64,000 bases of DNA from contig JAKFBU010000026.1 in assembly GCA_036676985.1 (NCBI GenBank), positions 128,001 to 192,000 of the forward strand, given 5' to 3'. Position numbers and translations under genes: made by a program. The notes beneath the pieces were generated by a model, which searched no databases, was not told the origin of the DNA, and worked only from the letters and a program-made list of their open reading frames with translations. Positions within the stretch are counted from its first letter, which is position 1. The number at the start of each line of letters is the position of its first letter. Positions 19,807 to 28,952 of this stretch are shown piece by piece. The DNA is from Candidatus Sericytochromatia bacterium. Lineage in GTDB: Bacteria > Cyanobacteriota > Sericytochromatia > S15B-MN24 > UBA4093.

Positions 19807-20955
19807 TCACGCGCTCGTCTGGGATGCCTGCGCGGCCTCCGCGATCGGCTCGACGGGCACCAGGACCGTGGCGTCGCGGGGCGCCGGGGTCATCACCATC
19901 TGGTAGATGAAGCTCAACAAGGCGCGCACGATGGCCGCGAGCGGGACGGCGAACAAGAGCCCGATGGCGCCGCCGTAGTGCTCGCCGACCAGGAGCGCGA
20001 AGAGCACCAGCACCGGGTGGATCTCCGAGTGGTGCCCGAGCACGTTGGGGTTGAGGAAGTTGGCCTCGATCAGGTGGATGACGCAGATGAGCAGCACCAC
20101 CTCGACGGCCACCCACCAGCCCTGCGTGAGGGCGATGAGCACCGCGGGGATCGTGGAGAGCACCGTGCCGAAGATGGGAATCAGGCTGAAGAAGCCCGCA
20201 ATGATCCCGATGGTCATGGCGAACTTGATCTGGAGCGCCATGAGGCCGAGGGTCGTGAGCACGCCGTTGATGAGGCAGACCATGAGCTGGCCGCGGATGG
20301 CGCCCGCCAGCCCCCGATCGATGCTCTGGCCGAGCCTGGCCGCCGCCTCCCGGTAGGCCTCGGGGAAGAGCGCGAGCATGTTCGCCTTGATGCGGTGCCA
20401 GTCCAGGAGCAGGAAGATCGTCGCCATGAAGACGAGCACCACCGAGAAGATGGTGGAGAAGACGCCCTTGACGAGCGCCTGTCCCTTCTTGAGGAGGCTC
20501 GCCGTGTGCCCCTCGCCGGACTGCATGACCTCGGCGTAGAGGCCGTCCAGGTTCTCGCGGGCGTTGACGGGGATCCCCGAGCTGTCCAGGACGCCCTGGA
20601 CGCTCACGACGAGCGGGTCGACGACCTTGTGCTCGAAGTCGCGGACCAGCTCGGGCATCTCGCGGGTGAGCCTCGCTCCCTCGGCGTAGACGTGCGGCGC
20701 GAGCAGGAGGCCGCCCAGGCCGAGCACCGCGAAGATGCCCGCCACTACGAGCGTGACCGCCCCCTTGCGCCCGAGAGCCCAGCGCGCGACGCGTTGCACG
20801 GCGAGCCAGTCCACCAGCGGGTTGAGGATGTAGACCAGGAGGAGCGCCACCAGGAAGGGCGCGAGCACATGGTGGATGACGTACAGGAAGGCGAGGACGC
20901 CGAAGACGAGGGCCACGGCGACGATGCGCTTGGTTCGGGTGGAAAGTGGGGGCAT
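19807..20955 (-). CDS. AI-2E family transporter (UPF0118)
   Basis: YILNPLV, IRGQL, IPIFG, EANFLNP..G, GLLFAVP. Confidence 0.92.
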   Translation of the reverse strand: MPPLSTRTKRIVAVALVFGVLAFLYVIHHVLAPFLVALLLVYILNPLVDWLAVQRVARWALGRKGAVTLVVAGIFAVLGLGGLLLAPHVYAEGARLTREMPELVRDFEHKVVDPLVVSVQGVLDSSGIPVNARENLDGLYAEVMQSGEGHTASLLKKGQALVKGVFSTIFSVVLVFMATIFLLLDWHRIKANMLALFPEAYREAAARLGQSIDRGLAGAIRGQLMVCLINGVLTTLGLMALQIKFAMTIGIIAGFFSLIPIFGTVLSTIPAVLIALTQGWWVAVEVVLLICVIHLIEANFLNPNVLGHHSEIHPVLVLFALLVGEHYGGAIGLLFAVPLAAIVRALLSFIYQMVMTPAPRDATVLVPVEPIAEAAQASQTSA

Positions 20956-21004
20956 GAGGTCTTTCTGTAGGGGGACGAAGCATGGCCATTATACCCGGAG
21001 CGCG

Positions 21005-22429
21005 CTAGCGAGATGCAGGAAGCAGGCGTTTGAACCCGCTCCGCGGGACGCGGCCCCACCATGCCGCCAACTTGCGCGCGAGGCGCAGGTTGTGGCGGCA
21101 TGCGGGGTCATCCCTCAGGAGCCTCCGGGCGCGCCGGAGGGCGGCGACGGCGTCGGACGCCAGCCCGAGCCGGGCCTGGAGGGTGCCCAGGTTGAACCAG
21201 GCGCTTCCGTCGTCCGGGGCGATCGCCACGAGCTCCCGGTAGACGACGAGGGCTTCGTAGGGGCGTCCCGCGTCTGCGAGCAGCCGAGCGAGGTTGTAGC
21301 GCGCCTCCCGATGGATCGGGTCGAGCCGGACGACCGTCCGGTACGCCGTTTCGGCCAGCGGCGAGCCCGCCAGGTGCCATGCGAGCCCCAGGTTGTAGAC
21401 CATCCGCGGGGTCGGGGCCTGGCGGTAGGCGGCGAGCATGGTCTCGGTGCCGAGCGCGACCTCTCCCGCCTGCACGAGCCGGATGGCGTGCAGGCAGCAC
21501 TCGACGGCCGCCATGGGCCCGTTGCCCGGCGTCAGCGGCTGGAAGCGCGCGAGCGGCTTCTCCTCCTGCCAGCCGGCTGGGACCTCCCGGCGCTGCCAGA
21601 GGACGCCCGCCACCAGGGTGAAGAACATGCCCATGGCCCCGTAAAAGGCCATGTGCTTCCAGGGCAGCGGCTCGGGCGCGGGCGGCCGCACGGGGACAAG
21701 CGGCACCGGGCTCATCGCGCCGCGCGGCGTCACTGGCTCGGGGCGCACGACCTCGGGCCGCCTGGGGGCGCCCGGGGGCGCGGTAACGACCGTGGGCGGG
21801 GCCAGTCGCTTGGCCGCGACCTTGGGGGCTATTGCCGGCACGGGAGCTTGACGGGGGCGTTCTGTCGGCCGCACGGCTCGGGGGCGGGGCGGCTGCGCGG
21901 GCGCCTTGGGGGCCGGGCGTGCGGCGACGTTCGGGGCGCGCAGGGCTCCCAGCGGGACATGACGCACGGTCGCGAGGTCGGCAACCACGCGGACCGTCCG
22001 CGTGCCGTCCCGGTAGCCGGGGCGCCGCAGCACCACCCGGTGGTCGCCGGGCGCGACGCGGCGCAGGTGCAGGGGCGTCCGTCCCACCGGCCGGCCGTCC
22101 AGGAGCACCTGGGCACCGGCGGGCTCGCTCGTGACGCGCAGCTCGCCGGAAGCCCCCAGTCGCCGCAGCTGGAGCTGACGCCGCGTCGTGAGATCCGGCA
22201 GCACCTGGACCGTCAGGTGCCCCGACTGGTAGCCCTCGCGGCGCACCACCACCTCGTGCGATCCGTCGGGGATCTCCGCTGCCAAGAGCGGCGTCCGGCC
22301 CAGGACGCGGCCGTCCAGGACGACCTCGGCGCCGGACGGCTCGGATTCGAGGAGGAGCTGGCCGTTGCCGTAGGCCGGCGTCGCGATGAGGAGGAGGAGG
22401 AGCGCCGCGAGGGCGCTAGAGCGTGCCAA
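21005..22429 (-). CDS. PEGA x2 + Pro-rich linker + TM + TPR protein
   Basis: Signal peptide; two SEP.GA.V.LDG..GRTPL repeats; TM (FYGAMGMFFTLVAGVLW); YNLG/YNLA/WFNLG TPR repeats. Confidence 0.85.
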   Translation of the reverse strand: MARSSALAALLLLLIATPAYGNGQLLLESEPSGAEVVLDGRVLGRTPLLAAEIPDGSHEVVVRREGYQSGHLTVQVLPDLTTRRQLQLRRLGASGELRVTSEPAGAQVLLDGRPVGRTPLHLRRVAPGDHRVVLRRPGYRDGTRTVRVVADLATVRHVPLGALRAPNVAARPAPKAPAQPPRPRAVRPTERPRQAPVPAIAPKVAAKRLAPPTVVTAPPGAPRRPEVVRPEPVTPRGAMSPVPLVPVRPPAPEPLPWKHMAFYGAMGMFFTLVAGVLWQRREVPAGWQEEKPLARFQPLTPGNGPMAAVECCLHAIRLVQAGEVALGTETMLAAYRQAPTPRMVYNLGLAWHLAGSPLAETAYRTVVRLDPIHREARYNLARLLADAGRPYEALVVYRELVAIAPDDGSAWFNLGTLQARLGLASDAVAALRRARRLLRDDPACRHNLRLARKLAAWWGRVPRSGFKRLLPASR

Positions 22430-23228
22430 CGAAGTACCCTCGACGAATGCTCTCGGTGCTCGCCGTGATCCGCCCCTCGGCCGTCCGGCCGTTGGCCGAG
22501 ACCCGGGTGACGCGGAGCTTGGCGATCTTGATGGGCCCCCCTGCGCGGTAGTAGACGACGAGGGTGTCGCCTGGCCGGACCCGGTAGGGCAGATCGTCCA
22601 CGGCCACGTACACCATGTCCCCCGAACGCTCGATCACCGAGCCGACCTTGGTGAAGAGCCCCTCGGGCAAGGGCGGCTTCTCGAAGCTGGGGGGTGCTGC
22701 CGCGCGATCGGGCAGGCGGGTGCTCAGCCCCAGGCTGAGGCCGAGCGCCAGGTAGCGGATGTCGTGGAGCAGGCCGCCCTGGGCCTCCATGCGCAGGCTG
22801 TAGGTCTCGTGGATCCGGTAGCCGAAGCCGAGGGCGCCCGTGGGCCCGAGGCCCGCCTGCGGGCCACCGGGACCTCCGAACAGGGTCATGGCGCTGGCGC
22901 CCGCTCCCCAACTCAGAAAGGGCATCCATGCGGCGCCCGGAGGTCCCACGGGGATCTCCTGGCGCAGCATGAGGGGCACGATGGCGAGCCCGTAGGCCGC
23001 GCTGCCCCACTCCTTGCGCAGGAAGGTTCCCTCGAGCGAGAGGCTCCAGCCCGGGTGCAGGCTCAGCTCGGCCGCGCCGCCAAAGCGGGCGCCGTCGGGA
23101 AAGAGCCTGCCGACCGAGCCGGACAGGTAGGCCGGGGCGGATAGGCGCACCGTCAGGGACGGCGCCGCCTCGGCGGGAAGGGCCACGAGCCCCGCCAACA
23201 GGACGGGAAGCATGCCGCGAACTCGCAT
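22416..23228 (-). CDS. Exported protein: small OM beta-barrel-like domain plus C-terminal beta domain
   Basis: Signal peptide (AEA), alternating beta-strand pattern (PFLSWGAG, LGFGYR); overlaps next gene by 14 bp. Confidence 0.65.
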   Translation of the reverse strand: MRVRGMLPVLLAGLVALPAEAAPSLTVRLSAPAYLSGSVGRLFPDGARFGGAAELSLHPGWSLSLEGTFLRKEWGSAAYGLAIVPLMLRQEIPVGPPGAAWMPFLSWGAGASAMTLFGGPGGPQAGLGPTGALGFGYRIHETYSLRMEAQGGLLHDIRYLALGLSLGLSTRLPDRAAAPPSFEKPPLPEGLFTKVGSVIERSGDMVYVAVDDLPYRVRPGDTLVVYYRAGGPIKIAKLRVTRVSANGRTAEGRITASTESIRRGYFVGTL

Positions 23229-23237
23229 GAGCGCCTC

Positions 23238-23561
23238 CTAGCGTGCCGGGAACGGGTACCCGTCGAGCTCCTCCGCGTCGTCCTCGACGAACGCGCGTCG
23301 GGGCGGCCGGGTCGGCTTCGGGGTGGGCCGCGGCGACGCGGTCGGCGTGGGCCTCGGAGTCACGGTCGGACTGGGACGGGGAGTGGGTTCGACCGGTGCG
23401 ATGCTCGGTTGTGCCCCGGGGGCTGGGAGTCGGGCTTGTCGCTGGGGGGGCTCGGGTAGCTCCTTGAGGTTACCGCAGCCTGGTCCCAGGGTGGCGAGCG
23501 AGAGGGCGACGATCGAAAGGGCCGCCGGGAACGGCCTTTTGAGTGTCCTCATTGGCTTCAT
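23238..23561 (-). CDS. Small Pro/Thr-rich putative lipoprotein
   Basis: Basic N-terminus, hydrophobic core, GPGC lipobox-like motif, PTP repeats; start 23561 or 23552. Confidence 0.6.
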   Translation of the reverse strand: MKPMRTLKRPFPAALSIVALSLATLGPGCGNLKELPEPPQRQARLPAPGAQPSIAPVEPTPRPSPTVTPRPTPTASPRPTPKPTRPPRRAFVEDDAEELDGYPFPAR

Positions 23562-23680
23562 CGTAACAAGCCCGCACCGGCGTGGGGTGGTCGCCGCCCA
23601 CAAAGGGTTTTGGCCGATCCGGCGACTAAGAACGGCTAGAATGGAGCCGTCACCTGGTCGATCAAGCGATCGGAGGGCCC

Positions 23681-24355
23681 ATGGGTAGGCATCTTGGCGT
23701 TCAGGTCGTGATGGGCCTCGCGTGCCTGGCCATGGCCCTCTTTTGGCAGAGCGTCTGGGTCTACCCCCTGCTCTGGGCGGCCGCCGGGCTCATGGGGGTC
23801 GTGGGGCGCGATCGCCTCGATCTGGGCTTCTACGCCATCGGGTTGACGGCCGGGGCGAGCATCGACGTGGCCCAGTCGGGCACGGGCGTGACGGCCTACG
23901 CCGCCCCGGCCCAGCTCCTCTTCCTGCCGCTCTTCGTCTTCTTCTACTGGGGGCTGGCGTTCGTGGCCGTGCGCCACCTGGCGGCGCTGCTGCCGCCCCG
24001 GGCGTTCCACGTCTCCGACGCGGGGCTGCTCGCGGGGGCCGTCGGGCTATCCTTGCTCGCGAACCAGGCGCCGGAAGGCGTGGCGCTCGCCATGCTGGCG
24101 CTATTGGTCGTGCGCCTCGCTTGGCTGCGGCGGCGCTCCGACCTGGTGGCGGCCGTGGCGGGGATGATCGTGGGGCCCGGCACCGAGAGCCTGCTCTTGA
24201 TGCATGGGCTCTACCACTTCCCGAGCGCGCACGGGGCGCTGGTGCCCGCGTGGCTCGTGGTCCTCTACGCGTGCGTCGGCGTGGCCGCCCCGGGGCTCGT
24301 TGGTTGGGCGTCGCAGGAGCTGTCGCGCGCCATGGCCAGGCGCGCGCCGGCCTAG
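23681..24355 (+). CDS. Integral membrane protein (DUF2878/INSIG-like internal repeat)
   Basis: Two similar halves (G..G...D/E...G...Y/F....P.F/W...Y); GGAGG RBS. Confidence 0.7.
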   Translation: MGRHLGVQVVMGLACLAMALFWQSVWVYPLLWAAAGLMGVVGRDRLDLGFYAIGLTAGASIDVAQSGTGVTAYAAPAQLLFLPLFVFFYWGLAFVAVRHLAALLPPRAFHVSDAGLLAGAVGLSLLANQAPEGVALAMLALLVVRLAWLRRRSDLVAAVAGMIVGPGTESLLLMHGLYHFPSAHGALVPAWLVVLYACVGVAAPGLVGWASQELSRAMARRAPA

Positions 24356-24537
24356 GACTTGGGCACGGCGGCGAGGAAGGCCACCCGCACCTCGGGCTTC
24401 CATTCGGTCGTTTTCTGCGGGTAGTGGAGCTCGCACTCGATGTCCTCCTGCGTGAGGTGGAAGTCGAGCGGGCGCTCCTCGCGGGCCGTGAGGCCCAGGT
24501 GCCCGAACAACCGGTTGACTCGCTTGATAAGTTTCAT
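24352..24537 (-). CDS. Small hypothetical protein (61 aa) downstream of TetR
   Basis: GGGAGGT RBS, 11 bp after the TetR stop. Confidence 0.6.
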   Translation of the reverse strand: MKLIKRVNRLFGHLGLTAREERPLDFHLTQEDIECELHYPQKTTEWKPEVRVAFLAAVPKS

Positions 24538-24548
24538 GGCCACCTCCC

Positions 24549-25151
24549 TTAAGGTCGCAAGTAGCTCAACAGGGCCTTCACACAGTGGTCCCGGTAGGGG
24601 CCGAAGGCCTCGGGGTTATCCTCGAAGAGAACCTGGATGCTCATGCCGTCGATGAGGGCCCGGCTGACCTCGGCGGCCTCGGTCAGATCCACCGGGCGAA
24701 ACACGCCCTGCCGGATGCCCTCGGTGACGATGGCGTGGTTGAGCTCCCGGCAGTGGGCGTAGAAGGCCGTGTTGATCCGGCCAAACGCCGCATGCCGGGC
24801 GCCCAGGCTCAGGAAGTCCAGGTAGATGGTGTAGAAGCCCTTGAGGTCGCGCACGTCCGTGAAGACGCTGTCGACCACGGCCTCGACCGCGGAGACGGGG
24901 TCCGGGGCTGCCGCCACGCGCGCCCTGAGCCGGGCGCTGATCCGCGCGATCAGCCAGTCCCAGCAGGCGAGGAAGATCTCCTCCTTGGTGCGGAAGTAGT
25001 AGACGGTCACGCCCTTGCTCACGCCGGCGCGCTGGGCGATGTCCTCCAGCGTGACGTCCTTGTAGGGCTTGTCGAGCAGCACCTGGTAGGTCGCCTTCAG
25101 GAGGGCTTCGCGGCGCTCGGCTTGCTGTTCGGGAACGACCTTGCGGGCCAT
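24549..25151 (-). CDS. TetR/AcrR family regulator
   Basis: VTLEDIAQRAGVSKGVTVYYFRTKEEI HTH. Confidence 0.95.
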   Translation of the reverse strand: MARKVVPEQQAERREALLKATYQVLLDKPYKDVTLEDIAQRAGVSKGVTVYYFRTKEEIFLACWDWLIARISARLRARVAAAPDPVSAVEAVVDSVFTDVRDLKGFYTIYLDFLSLGARHAAFGRINTAFYAHCRELNHAIVTEGIRQGVFRPVDLTEAAEVSRALIDGMSIQVLFEDNPEAFGPYRDHCVKALLSYLRP

Positions 25152-25163
25152 GGGACACCTCTT

Positions 25164-25208
25164 TATCTGACCGTATAGATAGTTTATTCCATGGGCCGGC
25201 CCTGTCAA
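25164..25208 (-). promoter_or_regulatory. TetR gene promoter with candidate autoregulatory operator
   Basis: TTGACA-N16-TAAACT on minus strand; imperfect palindrome TATCT-N8-AGATA at 25164-25181. Confidence 0.55.
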
Positions 25209-25245
25209 GCGTAGTCGCAACGGAGTTTCCTGATAGAGTAGGGGC

Positions 25246-25758
25246 ATGGCGGAGCGCATTTGGCTGGACGGCATGCTCACCCTCGAGGACCTCGTCCGGG
25301 CGGACCTGGACGTCCTGTTCGTGGGCTACAACCCCAACCCGCTCGCGGTGGAGGCGGGTCACTACTACTACCGCCGCGCCAACCGGTTCTGGGAGGACCT
25401 CCACGAGTCGGGCCTGGTGCCGCGGGTGCTGCGCGGTCCCGGCGAGGACCGCGAGCTGTTGCGCTACGGCCTGGGCGTCACGGACGTCATCAAGCGCCCC
25501 ACCCCCACCATCGACGGGCTGACGGCCGAGGACTTCCGGGCGGGCTTCCGGCGCCTCGACGGCCTCCTGCACCAGTATCGGCCCCGCATCCTCTGCTTCA
25601 ACGGGCTGGGGTTGCGCGATCGCTACGCCCGCCTCGGCCACCCGCCGGAGGCCCTCGTAATCCACGCCGTGCCCTCCACGAGCCCGCGCAACAACGGCCT
25701 GAGGGCCCAGCGCCTCGAGGCATTCCGGGCGCTCAAGGCCATGGTGGAGGCACGCTAG
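25246..25758 (+). CDS. mug: Mismatch-specific uracil/thymine DNA glycosylase (Mug/TDG family)
   Basis: LFVGYNP, GHYY...NRFW, GLGVTD, VPSTS. Confidence 0.9.
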   Translation: MAERIWLDGMLTLEDLVRADLDVLFVGYNPNPLAVEAGHYYYRRANRFWEDLHESGLVPRVLRGPGEDRELLRYGLGVTDVIKRPTPTIDGLTAEDFRAGFRRLDGLLHQYRPRILCFNGLGLRDRYARLGHPPEALVIHAVPSTSPRNNGLRAQRLEAFRALKAMVEAR

Positions 25759-25769
25759 GGAGCGAGGCC

Positions 25770-26492
25770 ATGGGCGAGATTCGGATCGGCACCTCGGGCT
25801 GGCACTACGCGCACTGGCGCGGGACGTTCTACCCGGAGGAGCTCGCCCCCTCCGCGTGGCTCGCTCATTATTGGCAAGTCTTCGACACCGTCGAGATCAA
25901 CAACAGCTTCTACCGCCTGCCCGCGGAGAGCACGCTGGCCGCCTGGCGCGAGGCCGTTCCCGAGGGGTTCCTGTTCGCCGCCAAGGCGAGCCGCTACCTC
26001 ACCCACATGAAGAAGCTCCTGGATCCCGAAAGCGCCCTCGACACCTTCCTGCCCCGGATCGAGGTCCTGGGGCCAAGGCTCGGACCCATCCTCTTCCAGC
26101 TGCCGCCCCGCTGGCACCGCAACGTGGAGCGTCTCGCCGCCTTCCTGGAGGTCCTGCCCAGCACCCATCGCTACGCCTTCGAGTTCCGGGATCCGAGCTG
26201 GCACCACCCGGAGGTCTACTCCCTCCTGGAGCGCCACGGCATGGCGTTCTGCGCCTATGACCTGTCCGGCTTCCAGTCGCCGGTGGTGTTGACGGCCGAC
26301 TTCGCCTACGTTCGCCTGCATGGTCCCTCGGCGAGCGCGTACCAGGGCTCTTATGACAGCGCGCAGCTTGCGCGCTGGGCCGAGCGAATCCAAGGCTGGA
26401 GCGAGACCCTCGCGGCCGTTTACGTCTACTTCGACAACGACCAGGCGGCTTATGCGGCCCACAATGCTCGCGCCCTGAAGGCCTTGCTCTAG
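25770..26492 (+). CDS. DUF72 (YecE) family protein
   Basis: IGTSGW.Y..W...FYP, TVEINNSFY, LFQLPP, EFRDPSW, YVRLHG, YFDND. Confidence 0.95.
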   Translation: MGEIRIGTSGWHYAHWRGTFYPEELAPSAWLAHYWQVFDTVEINNSFYRLPAESTLAAWREAVPEGFLFAAKASRYLTHMKKLLDPESALDTFLPRIEVLGPRLGPILFQLPPRWHRNVERLAAFLEVLPSTHRYAFEFRDPSWHHPEVYSLLERHGMAFCAYDLSGFQSPVVLTADFAYVRLHGPSASAYQGSYDSAQLARWAERIQGWSETLAAVYVYFDNDQAAYAAHNARALKALL

Positions 26493-26544
26493 CGGAACGC
26501 TTGTCGATTAAAAAACGCTCATAATCGCCTGATTTTTCGTGCTT

Positions 26545-26563
26545 ATTGAGATTGATTAGCAAT
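26545..26563. promoter_or_regulatory. Fur-box-like operator
   Basis: ATTGAGATTGATTAGCAAT; core matches TGATAATnATTATCA at 11/14, in an AT-rich island upstream of an OM barrel gene. Confidence 0.55.
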
Positions 26564-26653
26564 ATCAGTAGTTCGATCGCCTTGATTTGGGAGGGACCGT
26601 CCCTTAAAACGAGGGAGGGTTGTGGAGTTACGATCGAGCAAGACGAGAGGCAG

Positions 26654-27487
26654 ATGGTGCAACGCGGTTGGCTGGGGATGATCGGGTGGCTGCTGGTGAC
26701 GGGCCCCGCCTGGGCGGGCAGCGTGGCCATCGAGGATCACGCGCTCTTGGCGCCTGGCGCCTGGCAAATGAACTCCATCTTCAGCCTCTACCCCAACACC
26801 CAGAGCGTCGATGGAGTGAGCGTCTCGGCCCTCGGGCCCGAGGAGTCCTCGTGGCTGGGGCAGTTCGCCCAGGAGTTTCGGTACGGCCTGACGGATCGCC
26901 TCATGATCCGCTCGACCGTTCCCATGAGCCTCTTGCGGGCAGGCACGGGCGATGTGAGCGCTGGGGTGGGCGACTTGGAGGTCTTCCTAAAGGCCGGACT
27001 GCTGACCGACACACCGGTCTGCGCGTCAGTCGGCTTGCAGCTCATGGTGCCGACCGGCCGGCCGGAGGCCTTCAGCGTCAACGGGAGCGTCAACCTCGTG
27101 CCGAGCCTCATGCTCAACGCCGCCGTCGGGCCCGGCGACCTTACGGCGAGCCTGGGCTACGCCCATGCGCTGGGCTATCGGGCCGAGGGCAAATTCGTTC
27201 AGCCCTCCGATGCGCTCTGCCTCGCGCTCGGCTACGGCCTGGATCTCGGGTCCGGCTGGTGCGTCGCCTGCGAGGTCCTGGAAACCGAGACGCTGGCGAG
27301 CCAGGTGGACGGCCTTCCCGATGCCACGAGTACCGGCCGTCAACTCAGCGCGGGGCCGGCCGTGACCTGGAGCCTCGACGCAAGCCGGGCCCTGTCAGTC
27401 GCGCTGCAGGCCGCCGTCTGGCGCGAGGGCCGACTCCCCGCCAGCCAGCCCCTCTTCGGCCTGGTCCAGTACTCCTGGGACTTCTGA
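26654..27487 (+). CDS. Putative outer-membrane beta-barrel channel (SphA/Phenol_MetA_deg-like)
   Basis: Signal peptide (AWA), RYGLTDRL..R..VP, GVGDL.V.LK, VPTG, C-terminal Phe (YSWDF). Confidence 0.75.
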   Translation: MVQRGWLGMIGWLLVTGPAWAGSVAIEDHALLAPGAWQMNSIFSLYPNTQSVDGVSVSALGPEESSWLGQFAQEFRYGLTDRLMIRSTVPMSLLRAGTGDVSAGVGDLEVFLKAGLLTDTPVCASVGLQLMVPTGRPEAFSVNGSVNLVPSLMLNAAVGPGDLTASLGYAHALGYRAEGKFVQPSDALCLALGYGLDLGSGWCVACEVLETETLASQVDGLPDATSTGRQLSAGPAVTWSLDASRALSVALQAAVWREGRLPASQPLFGLVQYSWDF

Positions 27488-27958
27488 TCCGCCCGCGAAC
27501 AGGGGGGACGTGTCCGGCTGCCGGACGTAGACGATGGCGTCCATCCCCTCGTCGAGCGTGGGCGGATGGAGCCGCAGCTTGTGGGCCATGTGCCGGATGA
27601 CCGCGGGATCCACGGGCTTGGCGCGGGTCGCGTTGCGGGCGATGCAGGTCTCGGGCCCCACGTCGTAGACCTGGACCTCGACATGGTAGCCGAGGCACTT
27701 GAGCAGCTGGATGAGGCGGCGGCGGTAGCGGCGCACGGCATTGGTGTCCGAGATGACGAGGTCGCGCCCCTCGGCAGCGGCCTGGCGGATGCGCTGGGCG
27801 TGACGGCGGCTCACGAGGCCTTCGTGCTCGAAGTTCACGTAGGAGCCCGTCAGCTCGCGGCGCAGGTTGTCCCGGTTGACCTCGACCGCGTCCGCACGGA
27901 CCGTGGCCGCGGTGCTCTTGCCGCACCCGGGGATGCCGACCATCACGATTGCCTGCAC
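27395..27958 (-). CDS. AAA_33 / T4-PNK-like polynucleotide kinase domain protein
   Basis: GIPGCGKST, NRDNLR, VISDTN, RNATR..V...VIR.M; GGAGGT RBS. Confidence 0.85.
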   Translation of the reverse strand: MQAIVMVGIPGCGKSTAATVRADAVEVNRDNLRRELTGSYVNFEHEGLVSRRHAQRIRQAAAEGRDLVISDTNAVRRYRRRLIQLLKCLGYHVEVQVYDVGPETCIARNATRAKPVDPAVIRHMAHKLRLHPPTLDEGMDAIVYVRQPDTSPLFAGGSEVPGVLDQAEEGLAGGESALAPDGGLQRD

Positions 27959-28143
27959 GTCGCCACCTCCGCGCCCAGCTTAGGCCGTCCCGGGCCCCGG
28001 TACAAGCGGCCGAGCGGCCCAAATGCCTCGCTCAACTGGTCGCGCAAGGGATCTTTGGCCGCGACGACGCATGCCGTGACCCGGGAGAATTGCTAGGGTT
28101 AGCCTATCAATCGCCTGCCCTTGCTTAACAAGAGAGGTCCCCC

Positions 28144-28911
28144 ATGCGATACATGGCGCCTGTTCTTCTGGGTGTGGCAATCGCCGGCTGCGCCCATCCG
28201 ACCCGCTTCGCCATTCTCGCCCCCGATCCGGCGAGCCGCTATCCCGACCTCATGCCCTTGCCGCCAGCCTCGCTGTACCTCAAGCCCAACGGCCAGGACA
28301 TCGAGCTGCGTTTCAGCAACACGATCGCGAACGTCGGTGGCGGTCCTTTGCGCCTCACGGCACGGGTGCAGGGCGGTCGTTCGATCGCGACCCAGGAGAT
28401 CGTCGACGGCGCGGGCAACGTCCTGGCCACCCAGTACGGAGGTTCTTTCGAGTACCACCCCACGCACCATCACACCCATGTGGACAACATCGCGCTGTAC
28501 GAGCTGCGGCGGGGCGACCGGAACGGCCCGGTGGTCGGGCAGTCCAAGAAGGTCAGCTACTGCATGGAGGATTCGATCCAGTACGGCAGCCAGTGGTCGC
28601 CGCGCGACTATGCCAAGTGCACGCCGACGCTGCAGGGCATCTCCGCCGGCTGGGCGGACGTCTACGGCGCGGACGTGCCGGACCAGTTCCTGTCGGTCGC
28701 GGGCCTGCCGGCCGGGCAGTACACGCTCATGACCACGGTGGATCCGAGCCGCAAGTTCCTGGACTCGAACGTCGGCAACAACACGTCCTGGGTGCAGATC
28801 TACCTGGATACCAACAACTGGCGGGTCCAGCGCGTGGACGAGTCCATGCGGGCGCCGGCCTCGGTGACGGGTGAGGGCCAGTACTGGCGACCGTTCTGGC
28901 AGGGGGTGTAG
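28144..28911 (+). CDS. Lysyl oxidase-like lipoprotein
   Basis: IAGC lipobox; YHPTHHHTH Cu motif; KVSYCMED and QGISAGWADVY (LTQ Lys/Tyr contexts); DSNVGNN. Confidence 0.85.
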   Translation: MRYMAPVLLGVAIAGCAHPTRFAILAPDPASRYPDLMPLPPASLYLKPNGQDIELRFSNTIANVGGGPLRLTARVQGGRSIATQEIVDGAGNVLATQYGGSFEYHPTHHHTHVDNIALYELRRGDRNGPVVGQSKKVSYCMEDSIQYGSQWSPRDYAKCTPTLQGISAGWADVYGADVPDQFLSVAGLPAGQYTLMTTVDPSRKFLDSNVGNNTSWVQIYLDTNNWRVQRVDESMRAPASVTGEGQYWRPFWQGV

Positions 28912-28952
28912 GGAGGACGGCTCGGCCCCCTACGCGCATGCTACACTTCGGT

